In this document: positions 1 to 7,070 of the stretch, piece by piece
Position numbering within the stretch: position 1 is the stretch's first letter
How the letters are laid out: the number at the start of each line of letters is the position of its first letter
DNA from: Acidiferrobacterales bacterium
GTDB lineage: Bacteria; Pseudomonadota; Gammaproteobacteria; Acidiferrobacterales; SZUA-150
Assembly: GCA_947258385.1 (NCBI GenBank)
Contig: CAMYII010000039.1
Coordinates: 19,723 to 83,722, forward strand
Length of the DNA: 64,000 nt
Direction of reading: 5' to 3'
Notes under the pieces: model-generated
Told to the model about the DNA's origin: nothing
Database searches by the model: none
The model's input: only the letters and a program-made list of their open reading frames with translations
Made by a program: the position numbers and the translations under genes

Positions 1-776
1 TAGAGCCGTTCGCAGGGTTCCAGATTGGATTGAAGCAAAAACGGCGCGATAAGAAATACGGCTACATCGAAGTTGTTGGTCATTGGCGCGCGAGCTTGCT
101 TGTGAATAAGCTCCAGCCACACCTCACCGGGGAAGCGATCAGGGTATATCGGATTCCCTGAGTTTTTCGGTGAGCTCCCCTCTCCGGTAGAGCTATTAAT
201 TTTCGGTGGCTCGAGCGGTTCTTTTGGTGTCGGCCCCGTAGGAGGTGGCGCTTTTGAGGCCGGACTTCCCGCAAGCGTTAATGCCTCTATTACGAACTCC
301 TCTGACCAAGACGTATTAGGAAGAAACTTGACATTGGCATCATTGCCAGCTCCACCCCCTAACACCGCATTCCATTTTCCTACATCGGGTTCCGCCGGAT
401 CACGTCTGAATATACGGATTCGCTTTAGGTCTTCAGCAACCACTCTAAGTAGCAATTCATCTGCAAGCAGCGTTGTGGCGGGTGAGCGAACCTCCAGTTT
501 TGATAATTCATGTAGATCGGTGGCCCCCTGTATGCGATCATCATCGCAATCACGCTTGGTGGACAGGTCATCACCAACTGTCCATCCAGCAGGCAGTCCT
601 TTGGATAGATTCAAGTTAGGCAAAATGATGGCGCCGGGGCGCGTGTAGCGTTGTTGGCGCTCGCTTTTTGAATAGTCCAGCCTGCCGGTATGATCAAAAT
701 CACCATGCAATTCTGCATCAGCGCCCCGTATTACAAAACAGTTTGCTTTGCTAGGTTTGCAACTTAACTTAGGCAT
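1..776 (-). CDS. Protein-arginine deiminase (PAD)-like protein, first ~258 codons only (gene runs off the left edge); candidate T6SS cargo
   Basis: Absent from the supplied ORF track because no stop lies inside the window. I translated the minus strand from ATG 776..774 (GGTGA 6 nt upstream) and checked every in-frame triplet down to nt 3; there is no stop. The product starts MPKLSCKPSKANCFVIRGADAELHGDFDHTGRLDYS. The blocks DCDDDRIQGATDLHELSKLEV, EEFVIEALTLAG..FPGEVWLELIH and FDVAVFLIAPFLLQSNLEP align collinearly with vertebrate PAD middle-domain/catalytic-domain junction sequences as I recall them (DCEDDEVLDSEDLQDMSLMTL; FYVEALAFPDTDFPGLITLTISL; VVFRVAPWIMTPNTQPP). Confidence 0.6.
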   Translation of the reverse strand, partial: MPKLSCKPSKANCFVIRGADAELHGDFDHTGRLDYSKSERQQRYTRPGAIILPNLNLSKGLPAGWTVGDDLSTKRDCDDDRIQGATDLHELSKLEVRSPATTLLADELLLRVVAEDLKRIRIFRRDPAEPDVGKWNAVLGGGAGNDANVKFLPNTSWSEEFVIEALTLAGSPASKAPPPTGPTPKEPLEPPKINSSTGEGSSPKNSGNPIYPDRFPGEVWLELIHKQARAPMTNNFDVAVFLIAPFLLQSNLEPCERL

Positions 777-813
777 TAACAATCACCGTTTGCAGTGTAA
801 CTAGACATTGCCA

Positions 814-1905
814 TCATGATGTCGACACTCCACCTGAGAAATTTGGAAATTCGACTCTACTGGTCACAGGAGGAATATCTTCTTCCCGCTTATAACCATT
901 ACTGTCCAGGGTGCCACGCCTAACCTCACCATTGGATAGGTATAGAATGTACTCTTCATTGGCAATCGGCTCACCGTAAGCGTCTTTGAGCTCGATTTCT
1001 AACCAATCTTGAAACGCCAACAATCCTGATTTGGCACCGCAGTCCTTGACCGCTACGTTGAAATAATATTCTGGCGCAGAAAAGGCTGAAGTCTCTGCGA
1101 CACTCTCAGTGTCCAAATATCCTTCTGGATACTCGTAAGTCCATTCTGCCTCGATTTTATTACCACTCACCTCTGCTTCTATGTCAGTAACATACGAATC
1201 GGCACCATTGATATCCTGTGTGTAAATTGTGATTAATGCGACTTCCCCGTCCTCAAATCCCTCTGTGTCGGCACCGAGCTCGACCACATCTCCGACTCGA
1301 GCCTCATCTGCAGACCAGCTGGCATTCCTGACATCGAACAGCACGATATTGCAGTCGCCCTCATCGGGTAAGCCACCACGGCGAACCACGCCGTCGCGTG
1401 TCAGCCGGCTTACCTCCGTATAATCCTGAATATCGGTAAAGTCATACTTGACACCGGTAACGGGAAGGCCGGCTGAATCAACAAATTGATATTCTATCCA
1501 ATGCGGCCCGATAGCCTCCGGTCCGGCCTCGCCAACTATCGAGGCATGGGCGTTGTCGCTAGCTGTCTGGGCCGCGCCGCCACCGCCGCCGCTGCTGCCA
1601 CCGCCGGACGTGCCAATGAGCACGGTCGGGCATCCTGGCGGGATGATAACGTCCGGCGGGCCCACGCAAGTGGCCATGTCACCTACTGTCGCCGCGGGCA
1701 GTCCGCCAATTAATACTGTGGGAACACCGGGCGGTAACACCGGTCCGCCGACATGGGGAACAAGCACAGTCACCATTGGGCATACGTGCATGCTGGTAAT
1801 GGTCGCGGCGGGCATCCCACCGATGAGTACTGTGGGCACGCCCGGCGGCATGATTACGCCTCCGTGGGCGGTCATGTCAGCGACTCGTGCTGCGGGTCCT
1901 GGCAT
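814..1905 (-). CDS. PAAR-domain spike-tip protein with Gly linker and ~250-aa C-terminal extension (duplicated beta-rich module)
   Basis: 363-aa ORF. The N-terminal ~100 aa carry PAAR-type repeats (PPGVPTVLIGGMPAA, PPGVPTVLIGGLPAA, PPGCPTVLIG). A TSGGGSSGGGGG linker follows. An AGGAGG SD precedes the ATG, and the gene lies directly downstream of vgrG. Confidence 0.85.
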   Translation of the reverse strand: MPGPAARVADMTAHGGVIMPPGVPTVLIGGMPAATITSMHVCPMVTVLVPHVGGPVLPPGVPTVLIGGLPAATVGDMATCVGPPDVIIPPGCPTVLIGTSGGGSSGGGGGAAQTASDNAHASIVGEAGPEAIGPHWIEYQFVDSAGLPVTGVKYDFTDIQDYTEVSRLTRDGVVRRGGLPDEGDCNIVLFDVRNASWSADEARVGDVVELGADTEGFEDGEVALITIYTQDINGADSYVTDIEAEVSGNKIEAEWTYEYPEGYLDTESVAETSAFSAPEYYFNVAVKDCGAKSGLLAFQDWLEIELKDAYGEPIANEEYILYLSNGEVRRGTLDSNGYKREEDIPPVTSRVEFPNFSGGVSTS

Positions 1906-2019
1906 AAACTTCCTCCTAACTCTCTAGCCGGTTTCGCAAAGCGATCACTTTACCTTTCACTTTGTGATGACTGTTTCAGTGATGGCGCTACCTGTTAAGA
2001 CTGTACGTTACACTGACTT

Positions 2020-4215
2020 TTAATTAATTTTGACCAGACTACCGCTGACGGTATTAATTCCCGATGCCTCGGTGGTCACCATAGTGCCGCTGGTTTTGTT
2101 TTCGACGCCGGCTTCGGACGTCACGTTCAAGCCGTTTAGTTTTAGGTCCATCTGCGCCTCAATTTCAATATTGGTGGCCTTTAATGCGATGGTGCCACTG
2201 GGCGCCTCGACGTTTATTGAGCCGCTATCCGTGGAAACCACCAATGTGCTGCCGCCGATGTCGATCTTGAAACGATGCGATCCCCCACTGTCTTCCAGCG
2301 TGATACTGTCCGCGGAATCATCGATGGTGATGTAGTGGCCTTTGCTGCTGGTAATGCCGATGGCCTCGTTCTCATCGTCAAAAACCGCCGTATGGCCATT
2401 TGTGGTGGTCAGCTCGACTTTTTTGTTTTCATCATCCAGTGTAAAGATATGACCGTCCTTGGTCTGCGCGGTCATCTTTTGGTTTTTATCATCGAGCTCG
2501 ATTTTGTAACCGGTCGTGGAATTCAGGGTGACCGTTCCCTCGTTGGCGGTATCGGTATCATCAAACACCAGACTGTGCCCGTTGGTGGTCGTGACCGAGA
2601 CCTTCTTGTTCTGATCGTCGAGTTTAACGACATGCTGATCCCGGGTTTCGATCGTGAGTGATTGTGTTTTTTCATCTTCGGTGATCTTGTGCCCGTAGGC
2701 ATTGGATAACACCACCTGGGTCTCACCCTGTTTGTCCTCCATCAACAATTCGTTGTAGGTACCGTCTTCGGGCGAGGTGTGGCTTTTTACCGTGCTCTTT
2801 GTCTTAGACCCCGGAAGCGGATGGGGCGGCCGGTTGGTCCCGTGGTAGACGCGGCCGGTGATAATGGGCCGGTCGGGGTCCCCCTCGATGAAATTGACAA
2901 TGATTTCCTGGCCAATCCGGGGGATGTGCATCGCCCCCCAGTTCGCGCCGGCCCAGACCTGGCTCACACGGATCCAGCAGGAGCTGTTCTCGTTGTTCTC
3001 GCCCAGGCGATCCCAGTGGAATTGTACTTTGACACGGCCGTGCTCGTCGGTGTAGATCTCCTCGCCCTCGGGACCGACCACAATCGCGGTCTGCACACCC
3101 TCCATTAACGGCTTACGCGCCCGCTGCACCGGACGGAAGGGCACGGCAGCGGGTATGCATTGGAATTGATTACTGTAACTGCCAGCCCCGGCGCCGGCAC
3201 CTTCCTCGAGCGCCTGCGGTTGCGAGGCGGACTGCGTCAGTGACGTGATGAGGTATTCCTGGTTGAACTCGTCGCGGGGATGCTCGGTCAAGGTAAAACG
3301 AAAACCGGGCACCACCCGCTTGCAGTTGCTCTGGCCCATACCGGTCTTCTTCGCCGCCCGCAGCGCTTCCAGCCTGACGCCGGCCAGCTGATCGCCGCGG
3401 TCGGGCTCCTGGAATTCGCCCGGAAAGTCATAGACCTCAAGCTCCGTCTCGATGTCGGCCTGTTGTTGTGATTCCAGATTCAGCGCGGGTTTCTTGAAAT
3501 TGAAGTCCCGCAGCACGACGATGCCTGACTGGATGGATTCCGAATAACGGAATTGCGTAATCTGCTCCTGATCGGCGAGCAGGGTGGTCGGAGCGCGGTA
3601 CAGCACCTGCGCAGGGGCCATAATCTCTTCATGCGCCGAGACGCTATCAGCGATTACGAGCCTGTGCGTTTCTTCACTATGCTCGAAGAAATAGAAAATA
3701 CCTTCCTCTTCCATCAGCCGGGAGATGAAGTTGAAATCGCTTTCCCGATACTGGACACAATATTCCCTGGGCTCGTAGGTGCCCTGCAGGACGAAGCCGT
3801 ATTGATCCGATGGAATCTCTGCGTCGTTCAGGACCTGCTGAATGATGTCCTGCACGGTAAGGTTCTGGAAGATGCGGCTGTTGTAGCGATAACCAAGCAG
3901 CGCAACTTGAGGCACCAATTCCAGCTGATAGACGGTAAATCGCCTTCCTGACTCCAACTGCTCAACCCGGCTGATAATGCCATTGACATAGCGCTCGATA
4001 TCGTCGGCCCCGTAACACGACAGTAGGGCGTGCTTGCCGATGACATCGGCGAAACTGAGCTCCCCCTCCTCCGTAGCGACTGCGAGCTCAAAATTGAAGG
4101 GTTGAGAGATGCTTTCGTCGCCGCTGAAATTGAGCACGCGCAGTTCTTCAGCGAGTCCCTCCACCTTGAACGTGAAACGTTCCACGTTACCAGACACAAT
4201 AGCCGTTGTTGCCAT
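2020..4215 (-). CDS. vgrG: T6SS spike protein VgrG (TssI), no C-terminal toxin domain
   Basis: 731-aa ORF with a gp27/gp5-like core (FRFTLTEHPRDEFNQEYLITS, GRVYHGTNRPP). The C-terminal beta-helix is built of GH-x-[IV/F]-x-[FL]DD repeats and ends in LVKIN. Confidence 0.95.
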   Translation of the reverse strand: MATTAIVSGNVERFTFKVEGLAEELRVLNFSGDESISQPFNFELAVATEEGELSFADVIGKHALLSCYGADDIERYVNGIISRVEQLESGRRFTVYQLELVPQVALLGYRYNSRIFQNLTVQDIIQQVLNDAEIPSDQYGFVLQGTYEPREYCVQYRESDFNFISRLMEEEGIFYFFEHSEETHRLVIADSVSAHEEIMAPAQVLYRAPTTLLADQEQITQFRYSESIQSGIVVLRDFNFKKPALNLESQQQADIETELEVYDFPGEFQEPDRGDQLAGVRLEALRAAKKTGMGQSNCKRVVPGFRFTLTEHPRDEFNQEYLITSLTQSASQPQALEEGAGAGAGSYSNQFQCIPAAVPFRPVQRARKPLMEGVQTAIVVGPEGEEIYTDEHGRVKVQFHWDRLGENNENSSCWIRVSQVWAGANWGAMHIPRIGQEIIVNFIEGDPDRPIITGRVYHGTNRPPHPLPGSKTKSTVKSHTSPEDGTYNELLMEDKQGETQVVLSNAYGHKITEDEKTQSLTIETRDQHVVKLDDQNKKVSVTTTNGHSLVFDDTDTANEGTVTLNSTTGYKIELDDKNQKMTAQTKDGHIFTLDDENKKVELTTTNGHTAVFDDENEAIGITSSKGHYITIDDSADSITLEDSGGSHRFKIDIGGSTLVVSTDSGSINVEAPSGTIALKATNIEIEAQMDLKLNGLNVTSEAGVENKTSGTMVTTEASGINTVSGSLVKIN

Positions 4216-4270
4216 TATCCTCGCCGTCCTCTCATACTGTGTTCAGCATCGATGGGCATGAGGCTTTTTT

Positions 4271-4290
4271 GCATTCAACGGGAAGGCCAG
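4271..4290 (-). promoter_or_regulatory. Weak sigma-54-like -24/-12 element upstream of vgrG
   Basis: The minus strand reads CTGGCCTTCCCGTTGAATGC. The -24 GG is at correct spacing, but the -12 reads TTGA instead of TTGC. It lies 55-75 nt upstream of the vgrG ATG. Confidence 0.2.
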
Positions 4291-4596
4291 TGAACCTTGA
4301 ACTCTTGCTGTTCAGCACTGTACCTCCCCTCGCCCAGCCTCGGCGTCTACGTCAGCGGCAGAGCTAAAGTAACAAGCCGCGCTGTCGTGGGCCCACGCGA
4401 AACGCTCATCAAGCAAACCCTTATCCGGTTAGATCCCAGGCCAGGCTCGAATAACCGCCCACCTGCCTTAGGGGGCCCTGGCCGCACTCCCAACACCGCT
4501 CTCGCGCACCTGCGAATCCGCACTCGGCGCAGGTGCTAACACCTGCAAGAATAATAGAGATCCCCGCAAGAGCAAATCCCCTCAGTGCGACCTGCC

Positions 4597-4619
4597 CCCC
4601 GCCGGAAGACCCGGCGGGG
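4597..4619 (-). terminator. GC-rich hairpin just downstream of hcp (possible attenuator or partial terminator, no U-tract)
   Basis: Perfect 9-bp stem CCCCGCCGG / CCGGCGGGG with a 5-nt loop, starting 21 nt after the hcp stop. No T-run follows on the minus strand. Confidence 0.3.
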
Positions 4620-4639
4620 ACAGATGCACCCCCCCTTCA

Positions 4640-5155
4640 TCACGCGTTGGCCACGCGGAAGGTATCGCTCGACTCTGTGCCCGCCACCTCGTGCGTCCAG
4701 GTGATGGTGGCAAACGAGAACGACACCTCCTCCATCTGCCCGTATTGCTGGTACTTGGGGTCCAGGATATCCGGCATGACGGCGCGCATCCCCACGACAA
4801 TGGCGTTTTCCAACGCGATGGTAAAGTAATGCTCAAGCTGGCCCGCGGAAGAGGTGCGATAAAACTGAAAGACGACCTTGGTCAAGGTTTCCCCGCTGGC
4901 CAGTGCGTTGTAAAGCAGCGGTGAGGACTTGTCCATGAGCTTGGTGACGGTCAAGGCCTCATGAATCCGCTGGCCGGTAGGCTGACCGCTCTGCGGATCC
5001 TTGGGCAAGAATACATTGTGTTTGAGCTCGACCACGCGGATCTCATCGGCGTGATCCTCTACCGCCATATTACCGACGCTCTCCTCGGTGCATGCCCCCT
5101 GGGAAATGGGACCCTGAGTGGTACCTTCAACTAAACAAAAGACAGGATTGGCCAT
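4640..5155 (-). CDS. hcp: T6SS inner tube protein Hcp (TssD)
   Basis: 171 aa. Strong resemblance to Hcp1-family proteins (GTTQGPISQGACTEESVG, DPQSGQPTGQRIH, SSPLLYNALASGE, ITWTHEVAGTE). A GGAGGAA SD is present. Confidence 0.95.
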   Translation of the reverse strand: MANPVFCLVEGTTQGPISQGACTEESVGNMAVEDHADEIRVVELKHNVFLPKDPQSGQPTGQRIHEALTVTKLMDKSSPLLYNALASGETLTKVVFQFYRTSSAGQLEHYFTIALENAIVVGMRAVMPDILDPKYQQYGQMEEVSFSFATITWTHEVAGTESSDTFRVANA

Positions 5156-5230
5156 GATCGTTCCTCCGTGTTATTCGGTTTATCAATGTTGCGAATTCAA
5201 AACACCCCGTAAGTGTGTTCGTCTTACGTA

Positions 5231-5248
5231 TTCCATTTTCCGTGCCAA
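5231..5248 (-). promoter_or_regulatory. Candidate sigma-54 promoter for hcp
   Basis: The minus strand reads TTGGCACGGAAAATGGAA. The -24 element TGGCACG is perfect, but the -12 reads ATGG rather than TTGC. It lies ~80 nt upstream of the hcp ATG, and the adjacent gene encodes a sigma-54 activator. Confidence 0.3.
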
Positions 5249-5344
5249 CTCTCTGTATGGACGCAAAAACGATACAAGCTATTGCTTTTATACATTATTC
5301 CACGAGAACACCGATCAATCAGGGGTCGCTGCTGAAGTGCCGAG

Positions 5345-5394
5345 TGTGCAGGGGTCTGCACAGTGATGAGGGTCAGTGTGCGAGACTCTGCGCG
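5345..5394 (-). promoter_or_regulatory. Two related 18-mers (possible tandem enhancer/UAS sites, or terminator stem of the regulator gene)
   Basis: TGTGCAGGGGTCTGCACA (5345-5362) is a perfect 7-bp inverted repeat. TGTGCGAGACTCTGCGCG (5377-5394) matches it at 12 of 18 positions. They are 32 nt apart and ~100 nt upstream of the candidate -24 element. Confidence 0.25.
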
Positions 5395-5395
5395 G

Positions 5396-7066
5396 TTATT
5401 GAACCGACGACTGCTTGATCTGGGTTGCGGGTTCGCGACCGATACCGTAGCGGTTAATCTTGTCGATGAGGGTGCGGCGCGAGACCTTGAGCTCGCCGGC
5501 GGCCTTGGTCTGGTTCCAGTGACAGGCCTCAAGTTTCTCCCTGATCACGGCGGCCTCGTAGCGCTCCACTAACTCCTTCAGCGGACCCTCGGCAGGAAGG
5601 GACGCGCCGGTTTGTGGTCCGCGTTCCCGCCCGGCGAGCTCCTGGAGGTGATCGGGCAGGTGCTCCGGCAAGATGCTACCGTCCGCCTCGCACATCAGTA
5701 CCGCCCGCTCGATGATATTGTGCAGATCGCGGACGTTGCCCGGGTAGTCATAGTCCAACAACACCTCCAGGGCAGCGGGGGCAAACCCGGAAAGAGGCTT
5801 GTGGTATTTCTCCGAAAAGTGCTGCAGATAGTGCTGTAGCAGCGCCGGCAAGTCCTCCTTACGCTCTCGTAATGGCGGCAGCTCAATCGGGAACACACAC
5901 AAACGATAGTACAGGTCCTCCCGGAACTCCCCCGACTTAATGCTGGCCTCAAGATCACAGTGCGTGGCCGCCACCACCCGGACATTGACCCGGCGGCTTT
6001 CAGTCGCGCCCAGCGGTCGCACCTCGTTGTCTTGCAGCACACGCAACAGCTTCGCCTGCAATGGCAAAGGCATATCACCGATTTCATCCAGAAACAACGT
6101 CCCACCATCGGCAAGCTCGAAAAGCCCCTTTTTATCCGATGCGGCACCGCTGAAGGCACCCCGTTTGTAACCGAACAGCTCGCTTTCCAACAAGTTTTCC
6201 GGCAGCGCCGCGCAGTTCTGTGTGACAAAGGCCTTGTTGCGCCGACGGCTGTTGTAGTGCAACGCGTGCGCGATCAGTTCCTTGCCAGTACCGGTCTCGC
6301 CACGTATCAGTACGATGGCATCCGATTCCACGATCTTTTCAATAAGCGAGAACACGCTGCGCATGGCGGGGCTTTCACCAATGATTCGGGAAAAATCGTA
6401 TTTCCCCTGTATCTTGTTGCGCAGGGCCGTGTTTTCCTCCTCGAGTTGCCGGTTGGTCGTGTCGAGCACGTCGATCAGACGCCGGTTTTTCTCGAATAGC
6501 TGCACATTATCAATGGCGACCGCGGCCTGCGCCGCGAATGCATTGATGACGGCCTCAAGCCCCTGAGGCAGACTGACTACACGTTCAGTACGCGGATCGC
6601 GGATATTGATAAGCAGCAGCACACCTACCGTGATCTGCCGGTGGGTGCGCAGGGGCACCGCCAGCAAGCACCGTGTCTCGACGCCGGCCGCCCGGTCATC
6701 GGCACACAGATCGCTGAAGTCGAAGCCAGAATACTTGTTGATGTCGGCGATACTGATCGATCGGCCCATGAACGCAGCGTATGCCATCAGGTTGGTCATG
6801 TTGCGTTCGCCTTCCAGGTATAACGGAACCGGCGGGAACTCGTGGCGCCGTCGCGCCGGATTATCGCTCTGGGCCAACTCGACGTACAAATGGCGCCGCG
6901 CCTGATCGATGATATACACCCGCCCGGCGTCGGCGTGGCTGATCTTGCGTGCAGCCGTGACGATGGTGCTGAGAAGCGTGTTGAGATCGCGTTCCGTCGA
7001 CAGCGCGCAATTGATCTCGACCAACTCCTCCAGGGTCAATCCGCCGTCTTTATCATTACTGTCCAT
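5396..7066 (-). CDS. Sigma-54-dependent transcriptional activator (GAF - AAA+ - HTH), VasH-like T6SS regulator
   Basis: Walker A GETGTGKE, a GAFSGA variant of the GAFTGA loop, ESELFGY, and a C-terminal Fis-type HTH (WNQTKAAGELKVSRRTLIDKI). The N-terminal part is GAF-like. I prefer ATG 7066 (MDSNDKDGG), 4 nt after the clpV stop; the track's longer start would overlap clpV. Confidence 0.9.
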   Translation of the reverse strand: MDSNDKDGGLTLEELVEINCALSTERDLNTLLSTIVTAARKISHADAGRVYIIDQARRHLYVELAQSDNPARRRHEFPPVPLYLEGERNMTNLMAYAAFMGRSISIADINKYSGFDFSDLCADDRAAGVETRCLLAVPLRTHRQITVGVLLLINIRDPRTERVVSLPQGLEAVINAFAAQAAVAIDNVQLFEKNRRLIDVLDTTNRQLEEENTALRNKIQGKYDFSRIIGESPAMRSVFSLIEKIVESDAIVLIRGETGTGKELIAHALHYNSRRRNKAFVTQNCAALPENLLESELFGYKRGAFSGAASDKKGLFELADGGTLFLDEIGDMPLPLQAKLLRVLQDNEVRPLGATESRRVNVRVVAATHCDLEASIKSGEFREDLYYRLCVFPIELPPLRERKEDLPALLQHYLQHFSEKYHKPLSGFAPAALEVLLDYDYPGNVRDLHNIIERAVLMCEADGSILPEHLPDHLQELAGRERGPQTGASLPAEGPLKELVERYEAAVIREKLEACHWNQTKAAGELKVSRRTLIDKINRYGIGREPATQIKQSSVQ

Positions 7067-7070
7067 GTCC

